From: Leptospira biflexa | Lineage (GTDB): Bacteria > Spirochaetota > UBA4802 > UB4802 | Direction: 5' to 3' | Length of the DNA: 64,000 bases | Assembly: GCA_020721905.1 (NCBI GenBank) | Contig: DYLU01000002.1 | Span: forward strand, 11,314-75,313 | Shown here: piece after piece, positions 1 to 9,122 of the stretch | How the letters are laid out: every line of letters starts with the position of its first letter | Numbering within the stretch: position 1 is the stretch's first letter | The notes under the pieces: generated by a model | Databases searched by the model: none | What the model was told of the DNA's origin: nothing | Seen by the model: the letters and a program-made list of their open reading frames with translations, nothing else | Position numbers and translations under genes: made by a program

Positions 1-243
1 ATAAATTACTACTCTGTTATAGGAACTATAAAAAATGAATCATTTGAGCTGTATAAGCTTGCCCTGAAACTTAACAGTACCCTGGATTATGGCGCACTGG
101 CATTGCTCAATGACACGTTGATCTTAAGAAATACCCTTTTGCTCAAAGATTGTGATCCACAGCGATTTACGAAATCACTGTTTTATATTGCGGCGAAAGC
201 AGATGAACTAGAAGAGATGCTCATTACTAAAAATATTTATTAG
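1..243 (+). CDS. 3' end of an upstream gene (partial, 80 aa visible), hypothetical protein
   Basis: Open frame runs from the window edge to TAG at 241-243 with no start codon in the window. Helical sequence, no recognisable motif. Confidence 0.3.
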   Translation: MNYYSVIGTIKNESFELYKLALKLNSTLDYGALALLNDTLILRNTLLLKDCDPQRFTKSLFYIAAKADELEEMLITKNIY

Positions 244-761
244 TTTAGTCTTCCCTTCAGTTTATGGCCTAACTCCGCAATATATTTATAATTATCAACA
301 TTATCAGCAAAAAGCAATAGCGCAATATTGTCTTTTGTAATGAGAACTATCCTGTCTTTGTTAAATTGATAATAATCCTGAAGCTTTTTTATCTCAACTG
401 AAGCTACTTTGCTGTCCTTAAATAAAAGCAAGTAGTACACCAGATCATCCCCATATGGCCTTGATTCAGTAGCCATGATGGCAATATACATGCTTTTTAT
501 GTTTGCAGCATTGCCATCAGGATATAGTTTGGAAGCAAGAAATCGTATACCATCTGAATTCACAATACAGGGATTTCCATTAAACACCTTCTTTGCAAAA
601 TTAGGTACTTTCCCAAATATAAAACCCTGCGGCACATCTTCAGGAGCTATCGCTAATTTTAAAAAAAGAGAATTATCATCCGAATACACCATCCCCATAG
701 CCATTCCCAATGCCATAACGACACTTACATATATGACTAATGCTACATTATGTACTCTCAT
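240..761 (-). CDS. hypothetical protein with N-terminal signal/TM segment (173 aa)
   Basis: Track ORF. N-terminus MRVHNVALVIYVSVVMALGMAMG is hydrophobic. No conserved motif recognised. The 475..843 plus-strand ORF antisense to it is judged spurious. Confidence 0.4.
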   Translation of the reverse strand: MRVHNVALVIYVSVVMALGMAMGMVYSDDNSLFLKLAIAPEDVPQGFIFGKVPNFAKKVFNGNPCIVNSDGIRFLASKLYPDGNAANIKSMYIAIMATESRPYGDDLVYYLLLFKDSKVASVEIKKLQDYYQFNKDRIVLITKDNIALLLFADNVDNYKYIAELGHKLKGRLN

Positions 762-1036
762 AGCTTTACCTTTTATATTGTACTGTTTAACATCACTATA
801 CTATCGGAAAAATAATCAATTTTTAAAATTCATTTTTTCTTGACAAATAAATACCTACACAATTAAGCTAATATATGTATAGTAAATTATTTTTGTTATG
901 TCACATAAATGTTATTGACTTTTTTGTTTCAGTATGCCATTGTTTTATACAAATACCAAGTAGCAAACAATCCATAACCATTGCATGATATTTTTCTTCA
1001 TCATTCGTACTAATTCACCGTTTATGGAGTTTTTAT

Positions 1037-3112
1037 ATGGCAGATTCAAAAGATAGCCCCCAGTTTATCAGAAAACGGGATGGCAGGATAGTTCCTTTTA
1101 ATATTGAAAAGATTACAGAAGCAATATTCAAGGCTGCCCGTGCTGTTGGCGGCACTGACAGAAATACTGCAGCTCAAATTGCTAAATCAGTGGTTGATAT
1201 ATTGTCTTTATTATATAAAGGCGAGCATATTCCAACAGTTGAAAATGTTCAGGATTTAGTTGAAAAGATGCTCATAGAAAAAGGGCATGCAAAAGTTGCA
1301 AAAGCCTACATTCTGTACCGTGAACAGCACCGTAAAATACGTGAAGCGAAAAGCCTTTTCAGTGAAGGTATTCAGCTTATTGAAGATTACCTTGACAGAT
1401 CAGACTGGCGTGTAAACGAAAACAGCAATATGAGTTATTCTTTGCAGGGTTTAAACAATCATATTGCATCTGCAGTAACAGCTAAATACTGGCTTGAACG
1501 AATTTATCCTCCCGAAATCAGAGATGCACATGTTAATTGTGATCTTCATTTACATGATTTAGGATTGCTTTCTGCATACTGCGTTGGCTGGGATTTGCGC
1601 GACCTTTTGCTGAGCGGGTTTGGTGGTGTCCCCGGCAAAGTTGAAAGTAAACCTGCAAAACATTTCAGAAGTGCACTGGGACAGATAGTTAATTTTTTCT
1701 ATACCCTGCAGGGTGAATCGGCAGGTGCTCAAGCCTTTGCAAACTTTGATACGTATCTGGCTCCATTCATACGTTACGATAACTTAGATTATGCTGGCGT
1801 AAAACAGTGCCTGCAGGAATTTATTTTCAATATGAATATACCTACCCGTGTAGGATTCCAAACACCATTTACCAATATCACACTTGACCTTACTGTTCCC
1901 CGTTCTATAGCTGATGAACATGTTATCATTGGGGGACAATTCATGGTTGAGACATACGCACAGTTTCAAAAAGAAATGGATATCTTCAATACCGCCTTTG
2001 CTGAATGCATGCTTGAAGGTGATGCTCGCCACAGAATATTCACATTCCCCATACCCACATACAATATCACCAAAGATTTTGACTGGGAAAATCCTGCAAT
2101 AAACCTGCTATGGGAAATTACTGCTAAATATGGTATACCCTATTTTGCAAACTTTGTCAATTCTGACATGGATCCGGATGATGCACGTTCCATGTGCTGC
2201 CGTCTGCGACTTGATAACAGGGAACTACGCAAACGGGGTGGAGGTCTGTTTGGTGCAAATCCACTAACCGGAAGTATTGGTGTAGTAACCATTAATATGC
2301 CGCGTCTTGGATACCTTTCCAAAACAAAAGATGAATTTTTTGACAATCTTGCTCATTTAATGGATTTAGCTCGAAATTCATTGGAAATTAAACGTAAAGT
2401 TCTGGAAAACTTTACTGCTAATAATCTTTATCCTTATACTAGGGTTTATTTACGTGATGTATATCAACGATTCCAAAAATACTGGGTTAATCATTTCTCA
2501 ACTATTGGCCTTGTTGGGATGAACGAAGCCTGCCTTAATCTTTTAGGTCAGGACATAACAACTGAAGAAGGGAAAGAGTTCACTGCTCAGGTACTGGATT
2601 TTATGCGTGATAAAATTACCACCTATCAGCATGAAACGGGTAATTTATATAATCTGGAAGCAACACCTGCTGAGGGAGTAAGTTACCGCTTTGCGCGCCA
2701 TGATAAAAACAAATTCCCGGACATCATAACATCCGGTAAAAATGAGCCATATTATACCAACTCTATTCATCCACCGGTAGGATTTGCTCATGATATATTT
2801 GATTTGCTGGATCACCAGGATCAACTGCAGACAAAATTCACCGGGGGCACGGTAGTTCATTGCTTTTTAGGTGAAAAGATTGATGATCCGCAGATGGTTA
2901 AACTTCTGGTTAAAACCATTGCTTTTAACTACCATATACCATATTTTACCATTACGCCAACGTTCAGTATTTGTCCTGTTCATGGGTATATTCCGGGCAA
3001 TCATAAATTTTGTCCTTATGAGCATACAAAAGAAGAACTTGAGATGTTTGGCATAGATGTCGAAATTGAAGATAAAAAGCCATTGCAGATTGAAACACAG
3101 ATACAGCAGTAA
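1037..3112 (+). CDS. nrdD: anaerobic ribonucleoside-triphosphate reductase (class III RNR) large subunit, lacking the glycyl-radical tail
   Basis: N-terminal ATP-cone (FIRKRDGRIVPFNIEKITEAIFKA). Typical NrdD body motifs. C-terminal metal-site region ICPVHGYIPGNHKFCPYEH. Ends at TAA 3110-3112 before any RxxGY glycyl-radical motif. SD ggag upstream of ATG. Confidence 0.9.
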   Translation: MADSKDSPQFIRKRDGRIVPFNIEKITEAIFKAARAVGGTDRNTAAQIAKSVVDILSLLYKGEHIPTVENVQDLVEKMLIEKGHAKVAKAYILYREQHRKIREAKSLFSEGIQLIEDYLDRSDWRVNENSNMSYSLQGLNNHIASAVTAKYWLERIYPPEIRDAHVNCDLHLHDLGLLSAYCVGWDLRDLLLSGFGGVPGKVESKPAKHFRSALGQIVNFFYTLQGESAGAQAFANFDTYLAPFIRYDNLDYAGVKQCLQEFIFNMNIPTRVGFQTPFTNITLDLTVPRSIADEHVIIGGQFMVETYAQFQKEMDIFNTAFAECMLEGDARHRIFTFPIPTYNITKDFDWENPAINLLWEITAKYGIPYFANFVNSDMDPDDARSMCCRLRLDNRELRKRGGGLFGANPLTGSIGVVTINMPRLGYLSKTKDEFFDNLAHLMDLARNSLEIKRKVLENFTANNLYPYTRVYLRDVYQRFQKYWVNHFSTIGLVGMNEACLNLLGQDITTEEGKEFTAQVLDFMRDKITTYQHETGNLYNLEATPAEGVSYRFARHDKNKFPDIITSGKNEPYYTNSIHPPVGFAHDIFDLLDHQDQLQTKFTGGTVVHCFLGEKIDDPQMVKLLVKTIAFNYHIPYFTITPTFSICPVHGYIPGNHKFCPYEHTKEELEMFGIDVEIEDKKPLQIETQIQQ

Positions 3113-3154
3113 GAAATTTATAATTTTGTTACTATATTAAACGGGGGTTACATA

Positions 3155-3346
3155 ATGCAAAAGCACCACGAAAAAAAAATACCTGTTGAAGTATATTCAA
3201 GGGTTGTTGGGTATTTCAGACCAGTTAACCAATGGAATAAAGGAAAACAGGAAGAATTTCAAGAAAGAAAAGAGTTTATGAAAGATGAATTATTTAAGGT
3301 AGCCACACATGAATATTCGGGGTATTCAAAAAACCTCACTCATTGA
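3155..3346 (+). CDS. stand-alone glycyl-radical module of NrdD (63 aa), in-frame with nrdD after a TAA stop
   Basis: Translation VYSRVVGYFRPVNQWNKGKQEEFQERKEF matches the conserved NrdD C-terminal glycyl-radical motif (SRVxGY...NxGKQxE). Own SD gggggt 7 nt upstream of ATG 3155. Same reading frame as nrdD, with 14 codons including TAA between them. Overlaps the nrdG start by 38 nt. Confidence 0.6.
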   Translation: MQKHHEKKIPVEVYSRVVGYFRPVNQWNKGKQEEFQERKEFMKDELFKVATHEYSGYSKNLTH

Positions 3347-4004
3347 CTTTCCGCAGGTTATTAGCACTGTCCTTTTTACCGGTGGATGCAATTTACGCTG
3401 TCTTTACTGCCATAATGCATCATTGGCGTGCAATGACTGTAATTTGCAACAATATTCAAACCATGAGGTGCTGGAATTTTTACATAAACGAAAGCACCTT
3501 ATTGGTGGTGTTGTCATTACCGGTGGTGAACCAACACTTGCAAAGGGTATAATTCCCTTTTTAGAAAAGGTAAAAGAAACAGGATTAAAAGTAAAATTGG
3601 ACACTAATGGATTTCAGCCTCAGGTGTTAAAAAAAATACTGTCACAAAGGCTTGTTGACTACATAGCAATAGATATTAAAACATCACCAGAAAAATATCC
3701 AGTATTGACAAGAACAAAACTTTCATTTGATTTAATCATGAAATCTATTGCACTGCTCAAAGAACACCACGTAACATTTGAACTCAGGACAACCTGTGTA
3801 CCAGGGTTTGTAACCATTGAAGATTTTCAAGGTATAAAAGAGCGTGTGGGTAATGTTATGTATTATTATCTGCAGCAATTTGATAACCAGCACACACTGG
3901 ATGAATCGCTTCGCACAGTTAAACCTTACCCTAAAGATGTTTTATATTCATTCCAGCAGTTTGTAAAAACATTTGCTACCATTTGTGAAATTCGGGGATT
4001 ATAA
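3309..4004 (+). CDS. nrdG: anaerobic ribonucleotide reductase activating protein (radical SAM)
   Basis: CNLRCLYCHN radical-SAM cysteine motif near the N-terminus. GGEPTL SAM-binding motif. Immediately downstream of nrdD. Confidence 0.85.
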   Translation: MNIRGIQKTSLIDFPQVISTVLFTGGCNLRCLYCHNASLACNDCNLQQYSNHEVLEFLHKRKHLIGGVVITGGEPTLAKGIIPFLEKVKETGLKVKLDTNGFQPQVLKKILSQRLVDYIAIDIKTSPEKYPVLTRTKLSFDLIMKSIALLKEHHVTFELRTTCVPGFVTIEDFQGIKERVGNVMYYYLQQFDNQHTLDESLRTVKPYPKDVLYSFQQFVKTFATICEIRGL

Positions 4005-4075
4005 AAAATCTGTTGACATTACCTGATATCATTTTTTCTGTGTTATGTATTAATTTCAGGGAGGACAAATAATTT

Positions 4076-4171
4076 ATGAGCAAGCAGTATAGTCCACGCA
4101 TTAAGCGCAAACGTGCAAAACGAAGACTCAAAAGAAAGAAAAAAATGCTGGCAAAAAAGTTATCTAAATAG
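4076..4171 (+). CDS. 31-aa highly basic micro-protein (MSKQYSPRIKRKRAKRRLKRKKKMLAKKLSK)
   Basis: ATG at 4076 is preceded by a strong SD (gggagga) at 4059-4065. 17 of 31 residues are Arg/Lys. Stop TAG at 4169-4171. Below the 60-aa cutoff of the ORF track. Confidence 0.35.
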   Translation: MSKQYSPRIKRKRAKRRLKRKKKMLAKKLSK

Positions 4172-4173
4172 CA

Positions 4174-6855
4174 TTACTTATTTTTAGATTTCAGAATAAT
4201 CTCATCACCAACAACAAGCAGGATGTTATCAATATCAATTTTATCAGAAGAGGGATATGTAGCATTACAGGTAAGCCATATCCCTTTTTCATTACTAAGT
4301 GGTATATACAAGAGCACCGTATCAAAGTATAATCGATTATCCTTGTTCTTCTTGTCAATAAATCTGCTTGAATGGGAACAACCAAAGGCAATATATGACA
4401 TGATCCCATTTTTTGCAAGCATGTAGCGTAAATACAGTATTGCATCAAGCTGTGTGCCTTTCCCTGATCTAGAAAATTGCAAAAGCGATGTAGCTCTATA
4501 AGGGGTGGGATTTATGGTATATTGTTTCAGTTTCCCCATAAGCTCTGATATGATTTCTTCAAATGTCTTCCCGTTTAATTCAGTTTCAGTAAGAAAATAA
4601 TCTGCAATTTTAAAATGCAAACTTTCTTCATTAATCCATTCAATCAGGTTTTCAGATGTAAGCGCCATTATCATAAAATTCCTGTTATTATGTGCCGATA
4701 GTTCATAGGCATTAAATCTGATGTGCTGTATGCCATGCTCTTCTTTTGTAACATTGCCCTGCAATTCTGATACTATAACAGGCTCAACCTGTGAACCCAT
4801 AACAACAATATCCATATCAAATTGCGATAGATTATAATTCTGCTGGATGTGCACTACAGGAATTCCCTTGTTTATAATAAATGATAGTTCCACCAGGGCA
4901 TAGCTGTTCAGGTTTTTATCAAAACATGCCTTAATTCCCCTTTGCAGTGAATTGTTTAAATATTTTATTTTCTTTTTTTCAATCTTTCCGTTTTCACTAA
5001 CCAGGTATATTGTACATCCTGTTATTGTTACATCGCTACCAAAAGCATAATCATTTACCTGTGATGAACTGCCAGTATAATACAGGTCATAAATTGAACA
5101 ATATGCAGTATTATTAATAAATCGTAATGCATAACAAGAATACAGCAGGCCATTAGTTTTTCCTTGTATAGTTTCAAAGGCTAATCGTGAAAAAACATTT
5201 TGATACACATAATCATCAAAAGCATTCTTCAAATAATCACTATGCCATGGTATATCAGAAACTATCACCTCATGCTTCTTGCGGTACATGCTTCCATCAG
5301 ATTCTTCCAGATCAGCTATTGTTGCCAGCAATGCATATGCATGTGAATCAAATCCCCGGGCTATTCTTTTAAACAATACACTTTTTGCATCATTGTATCG
5401 CTTTAATGCCACGAGCGCATGTATATATTTATCAAAAAATCTACTTTCATTATTGTGCTCAACAACAGATACTATCGATCCAAACTGCTCATTCTGCTCA
5501 TAATATTGAATTAATAAAGCTGTAACTTTATCATCTGGGTCTGGTATTGATTCTAATATACTGATGGCTTTTTCAATGTCATGGTATGCTGTAATTTGAG
5601 CAACGATATAAGCAAGATCATTACTGTAAGGATACTCTTTTAACAAAGATTCAAGATTTGCTCTTTTATTAATCAGTACATCTTTTTCTCTATACAACAG
5701 ATAAATCAATAATGGTAGATAATGCCCTTGATTGGCATCAAAAGATTTCTTTAGATATATATAATCATAGTAGCTTTGCCATAATACTGATCTAAACTTT
5801 TCATTATTTTTTAGTAAACTTTGCATTACCAGCTCATATCCCAAAACCTTGTTTTCATATTTATATTTCATCAATAGAGATAAAAATCTGCAGGCTGCTA
5901 ACTCATTGTATGAGTGTAAAGCTTCTTTATAATATTTCAATGCTTCATAACTTTGCAGCGATTCATAAAAAAGCGCAAGTTTAAAAGCCGGATCATTGGA
6001 ACGCTGCTTATTATACTGTGTAAGCAATTGATTTTCATATTCATAATATGTTTCATACCATTGGACATCATGATAATATGAATTTTCTGTATCAGGTAAA
6101 TGTATACTCTGGTCAGTATCATCATAAAACTGTATTTTCAAAAACATGTCTTCTGCTAGTTTATAATATAGGGCAACTGTAAAGCCGCCTTCAGATTCTA
6201 TATGAAACATCCTGACCAGCTTTTTCTTATCCGTCAGAGCATTAACACATATTTTTTTCCCGTTAATATAACAAACATAATCCATATTTGAATAAATCCT
6301 GAGTGTAACGGGTACACTGGCTTTAAAAGACCCACTGCAAAGGCCAGTAGCGTTATACTCCTGAGTAAATTGCTTAACAGGGATAAAACCATTTTGATAT
6401 TGAAATACACGTACCTTGTTTTTACCTGATAAGAAATAAGGATTATTGGTGCATTGAAGAGCTGCAATGCTTTGCGGCATTTTTTCTTTGATATTATCGT
6501 ATATATCCCATCGATTGTTACCCTTAGTGGCGTCTTTTTGGTGTAACTCATCAATGAGAGTAACAATATCCTGAACATACAGCTTTTCAGCATCTGTATC
6601 AGCACTTCTGATTAATTCTTTAAGTAACAATACTGTCTTACTGACCCCTGCAACTTGTTGTATATGATGAATATCTGCCAGAATTAATGCAGGATCAGCT
6701 TTCCCTGATACTATTTCTTTTTCATACAGTTCTATTATATTGAGTGAATTGCCGTTACAGTATATTTGCTTACTGTCTTTACTGATAACAGGCAGAGCTT
6801 TTACAGGAACTATCGCCACCAGTACAATGGCCGTTACTATTAATAATTTATTCAT
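4174..6855 (-). CDS. large secreted protein (893 aa), TPR-like helical repeats, possible degenerate transglutaminase-like C-terminal region
   Basis: N-terminal signal peptide MNKLLIVTAIVLVAIVPVKA. Long Tyr/Leu-rich helical-repeat middle. C-terminal segment SGKGTQLDAILYLRYMLAKNGI resembles a transglutaminase-like core, but the catalytic Cys is replaced by Thr. Function unknown. Confidence 0.55.
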   Translation of the reverse strand: MNKLLIVTAIVLVAIVPVKALPVISKDSKQIYCNGNSLNIIELYEKEIVSGKADPALILADIHHIQQVAGVSKTVLLLKELIRSADTDAEKLYVQDIVTLIDELHQKDATKGNNRWDIYDNIKEKMPQSIAALQCTNNPYFLSGKNKVRVFQYQNGFIPVKQFTQEYNATGLCSGSFKASVPVTLRIYSNMDYVCYINGKKICVNALTDKKKLVRMFHIESEGGFTVALYYKLAEDMFLKIQFYDDTDQSIHLPDTENSYYHDVQWYETYYEYENQLLTQYNKQRSNDPAFKLALFYESLQSYEALKYYKEALHSYNELAACRFLSLLMKYKYENKVLGYELVMQSLLKNNEKFRSVLWQSYYDYIYLKKSFDANQGHYLPLLIYLLYREKDVLINKRANLESLLKEYPYSNDLAYIVAQITAYHDIEKAISILESIPDPDDKVTALLIQYYEQNEQFGSIVSVVEHNNESRFFDKYIHALVALKRYNDAKSVLFKRIARGFDSHAYALLATIADLEESDGSMYRKKHEVIVSDIPWHSDYLKNAFDDYVYQNVFSRLAFETIQGKTNGLLYSCYALRFINNTAYCSIYDLYYTGSSSQVNDYAFGSDVTITGCTIYLVSENGKIEKKKIKYLNNSLQRGIKACFDKNLNSYALVELSFIINKGIPVVHIQQNYNLSQFDMDIVVMGSQVEPVIVSELQGNVTKEEHGIQHIRFNAYELSAHNNRNFMIMALTSENLIEWINEESLHFKIADYFLTETELNGKTFEEIISELMGKLKQYTINPTPYRATSLLQFSRSGKGTQLDAILYLRYMLAKNGIMSYIAFGCSHSSRFIDKKNKDNRLYFDTVLLYIPLSNEKGIWLTCNATYPSSDKIDIDNILLVVGDEIILKSKNK

Positions 6856-6867
6856 AAAGTTTCAATA

Positions 6868-8235
6868 TCACTTGCCAATGCAAAAGCGTGAAAAAATAGA
6901 ATTCAGAACATCATCAACGGATATTTCACCAGTGACCGCTCCTATTGTATCAATAACATTTTGAAGTGCTGATGCAATAATTTCATGGGGGCTGCTTATG
7001 GCTATATGATGAAGCGCTTCCCGTGCATACTCAAGAGACTGCTCCAGTAATTGTATCATACGAATATCAGCAATAAAAGAATTTTTGTACTCAACATACT
7101 GTGACCTGATAAATTGATATACCGCATCCTCCAGTGCAGGGACACCATAGCCTGTTTTTGCAGAAAACACAATTCCTTTTTGTCCAATAGCATCCTGAAT
7201 TATTGCTATTGATTCTTGTGTTGCAATATCAGTTTTATTAATGACTGGTATAAACGGTTTATTGCTCATTAATTTCATGATATGCTCATCATCAGAAGTA
7301 AGACCCGTTACTGCATCAATGATAAAAATTATCAGTGATACCTCATCTATCAGTTTGTAGCTCCGCTGCACACCTAAAAGTTCAATCCCATCTGCATATT
7401 CATGTATTCCGGCAGTATCAAGCAGATTGCATTGCATACCCTTAATTGAAACCGATTCTTTTATCACATCCCGGGTTGTCCCCGGTGTATCCGATACAAT
7501 TGCCCGTTCATGATTGAGCATACAGTTTAGAAAGCTGGATTTACCTGCATTGGGTTTTCCTACAATTGCAATATCAATACCGTGAGAAAGATGCTGGCCA
7601 ATCCTACATCTGTTAAGTATTTCCTGTAGTTTATCAATGATAGCGAGCATTCTTTGATGTGCATTTTCAAACGATATAATCTCAATATCATCATCCACAA
7701 AGTCAATAGCACATTCAATATCTGCCTTCAATTCAATAATGTTATGTTTAATATCATTGATTGCATTTTTCAGTGACCCATGCTTTTGCTGTATTGCGGT
7801 TGCTATCTCCCATTCACTGCGTGCAGCAATAATATGGTTTATTGCTTCTGCTTCAGTCAGATCCATCTTGCCATGTAAAAATGCCCGTCTGGTAAACTCA
7901 CCCGGTTCAGCTATCCGTACATTCAGTGCAATAATACAATTCATTATTTTATTTACTATGATTGGATTGCCATGGCAGAATATTTCCACCATATCCTCAC
8001 CTGTATAACTTTGCGGGCGTTTATAATAAATGACAATACAATCATCAATTTCTTCATTGTTATCATGAATACTACCGTAATATGCATATCGGGGAATAAA
8101 TTCCCGGGTATGCCCTTGTAGCCTGAATATAGAAGAAGTGACCCGTAAAGAATCAGGGCCGCTTATCCGTATAATGGCTATTGGTGAATGTACTGGCGGG
8201 GTTGCCGGAGCACATATTGTATCATCCATCTGCAT
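6868..8235 (-). CDS. mnmE: tRNA modification GTPase MnmE (TrmE)
   Basis: G-domain motifs GKPNAGKSS and DTAG. C-terminal CIGK tetrapeptide typical of MnmE. Start ATG overlaps the jag stop (TAATG). Confidence 0.9.
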   Translation of the reverse strand: MQMDDTICAPATPPVHSPIAIIRISGPDSLRVTSSIFRLQGHTREFIPRYAYYGSIHDNNEEIDDCIVIYYKRPQSYTGEDMVEIFCHGNPIIVNKIMNCIIALNVRIAEPGEFTRRAFLHGKMDLTEAEAINHIIAARSEWEIATAIQQKHGSLKNAINDIKHNIIELKADIECAIDFVDDDIEIISFENAHQRMLAIIDKLQEILNRCRIGQHLSHGIDIAIVGKPNAGKSSFLNCMLNHERAIVSDTPGTTRDVIKESVSIKGMQCNLLDTAGIHEYADGIELLGVQRSYKLIDEVSLIIFIIDAVTGLTSDDEHIMKLMSNKPFIPVINKTDIATQESIAIIQDAIGQKGIVFSAKTGYGVPALEDAVYQFIRSQYVEYKNSFIADIRMIQLLEQSLEYAREALHHIAISSPHEIIASALQNVIDTIGAVTGEISVDDVLNSIFSRFCIGK

Positions 8236-8873
8236 TACCTTTTTTCTACAGGCATAATTCTTACCTTTCTATAAATGCCCTGTCCCTCACTCCTTGTGGT
8301 AACCTTTGAATCATTCTGCAATGTCAAATGTATAAGCCTGCGTTCAAATGGATTCATGGGCTCTAATGCCCAGGGCTTGCCGGTTCGGGCAACTTTCAAT
8401 GCAATTTCTTTGGATAATTTTCGCAAAGCTTTTTCTCTTTTTGCCCTGTATGATTCAATATCAAGAATTATCTTTTTTTCTGAATTGGTCATTTTATTAA
8501 CCAGAAGGTTAACCATAAACTGCAATGCCTCCAGGGTTTTCCCTTTTTTACCTATAATTAAACCTGAACTAAAGCTTTCCAGTTCAACATATACCTTATT
8601 TTCGCTTTCCTTATAATCTTTAACCCTGGCTTCAACTTCCATCAACATCAAAATCTTTTCAATAATTTCTTTTACCTGTTGGCCAATATCATCTGCCTGT
8701 TGGTAATATACTCGTATTTTAGCAGGGCGTGATATGCCAAAACCAAAGATACCGCTTTTCCCTTCATCCAGCACTTCAATATTGATTTTGTTCATATCAT
8801 TAATTTTTAATAACGATAAGGCTTTCTTTGTTGCTTCTTCAACGGTCTTCCCTTCAATATCTAACACCTTCAT
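8235..8873 (-). CDS. khpB: RNA-binding protein KhpB/Jag (Jag-N, KH and R3H domains)
   Basis: Conserved position between yidC and mnmE. KH/R3H-like sequence (ERRLIHLTLQNDSKVTTRSEG). Start corrected to ATG 8873 (MKVLDIEG) with SD aggagg 7 nt upstream. The track start at 8912 is a TTG. Confidence 0.8.
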   Translation of the reverse strand: MKVLDIEGKTVEEATKKALSLLKINDMNKINIEVLDEGKSGIFGFGISRPAKIRVYYQQADDIGQQVKEIIEKILMLMEVEARVKDYKESENKVYVELESFSSGLIIGKKGKTLEALQFMVNLLVNKMTNSEKKIILDIESYRAKREKALRKLSKEIALKVARTGKPWALEPMNPFERRLIHLTLQNDSKVTTRSEGQGIYRKVRIMPVEKR

Positions 8874-9122
8874 GTTCACGCCTCCTACGAAACTTTGATA
8901 ATAATAGTTCAATGTTTTGTATGGTGATGTTTCTTCCCTCCTTTAATTTTTAATTTTCAATATTTCTTCTTCATGCATTTATCTCAATTACCGTATGAAA
9001 TCGATTGTTTACATAACCTTCCCAATATATTAGCCAGTTTGCATGGTCGTAGTTACAGCCATGTATAACTCTTCTGAAGATAATGTACTTATAAAGTCCT
9101 CACATTTCACACAAAATTTGTA

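Noticed and set aside
475-843. 122-aa plus-strand ORF
   Set aside because: Lies antisense within the 240..761 gene. Hydrophobic, low-complexity translation with no SD. Typical shadow ORF.
843-1036. Possible NrdR box upstream of nrdD
   Set aside because: Looked for the 16-bp NrdR palindrome (acaCwAtATaTwGtgt) in the nrdD leader. Only weak partial matches (ctaatatatgtatagt). No convincing tandem boxes, so not called.
3110-3112. Treating the nrdD TAA as a plain sequencing error and calling one fused gene
   Set aside because: Cannot be excluded. However, an SD plus ATG precisely positioned ahead of the glycyl-radical motif argues for a real separate ORF, so I report it as a split with the error hypothesis stated.
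4005-4075. Sigma-70 promoter for the basic micro-ORF (TTGACA at 4013-4018)
   Set aside because: No acceptable -10 hexamer at 16-18 bp spacing. The micro-ORF may be co-transcribed with nrdDG. Promoter not called.
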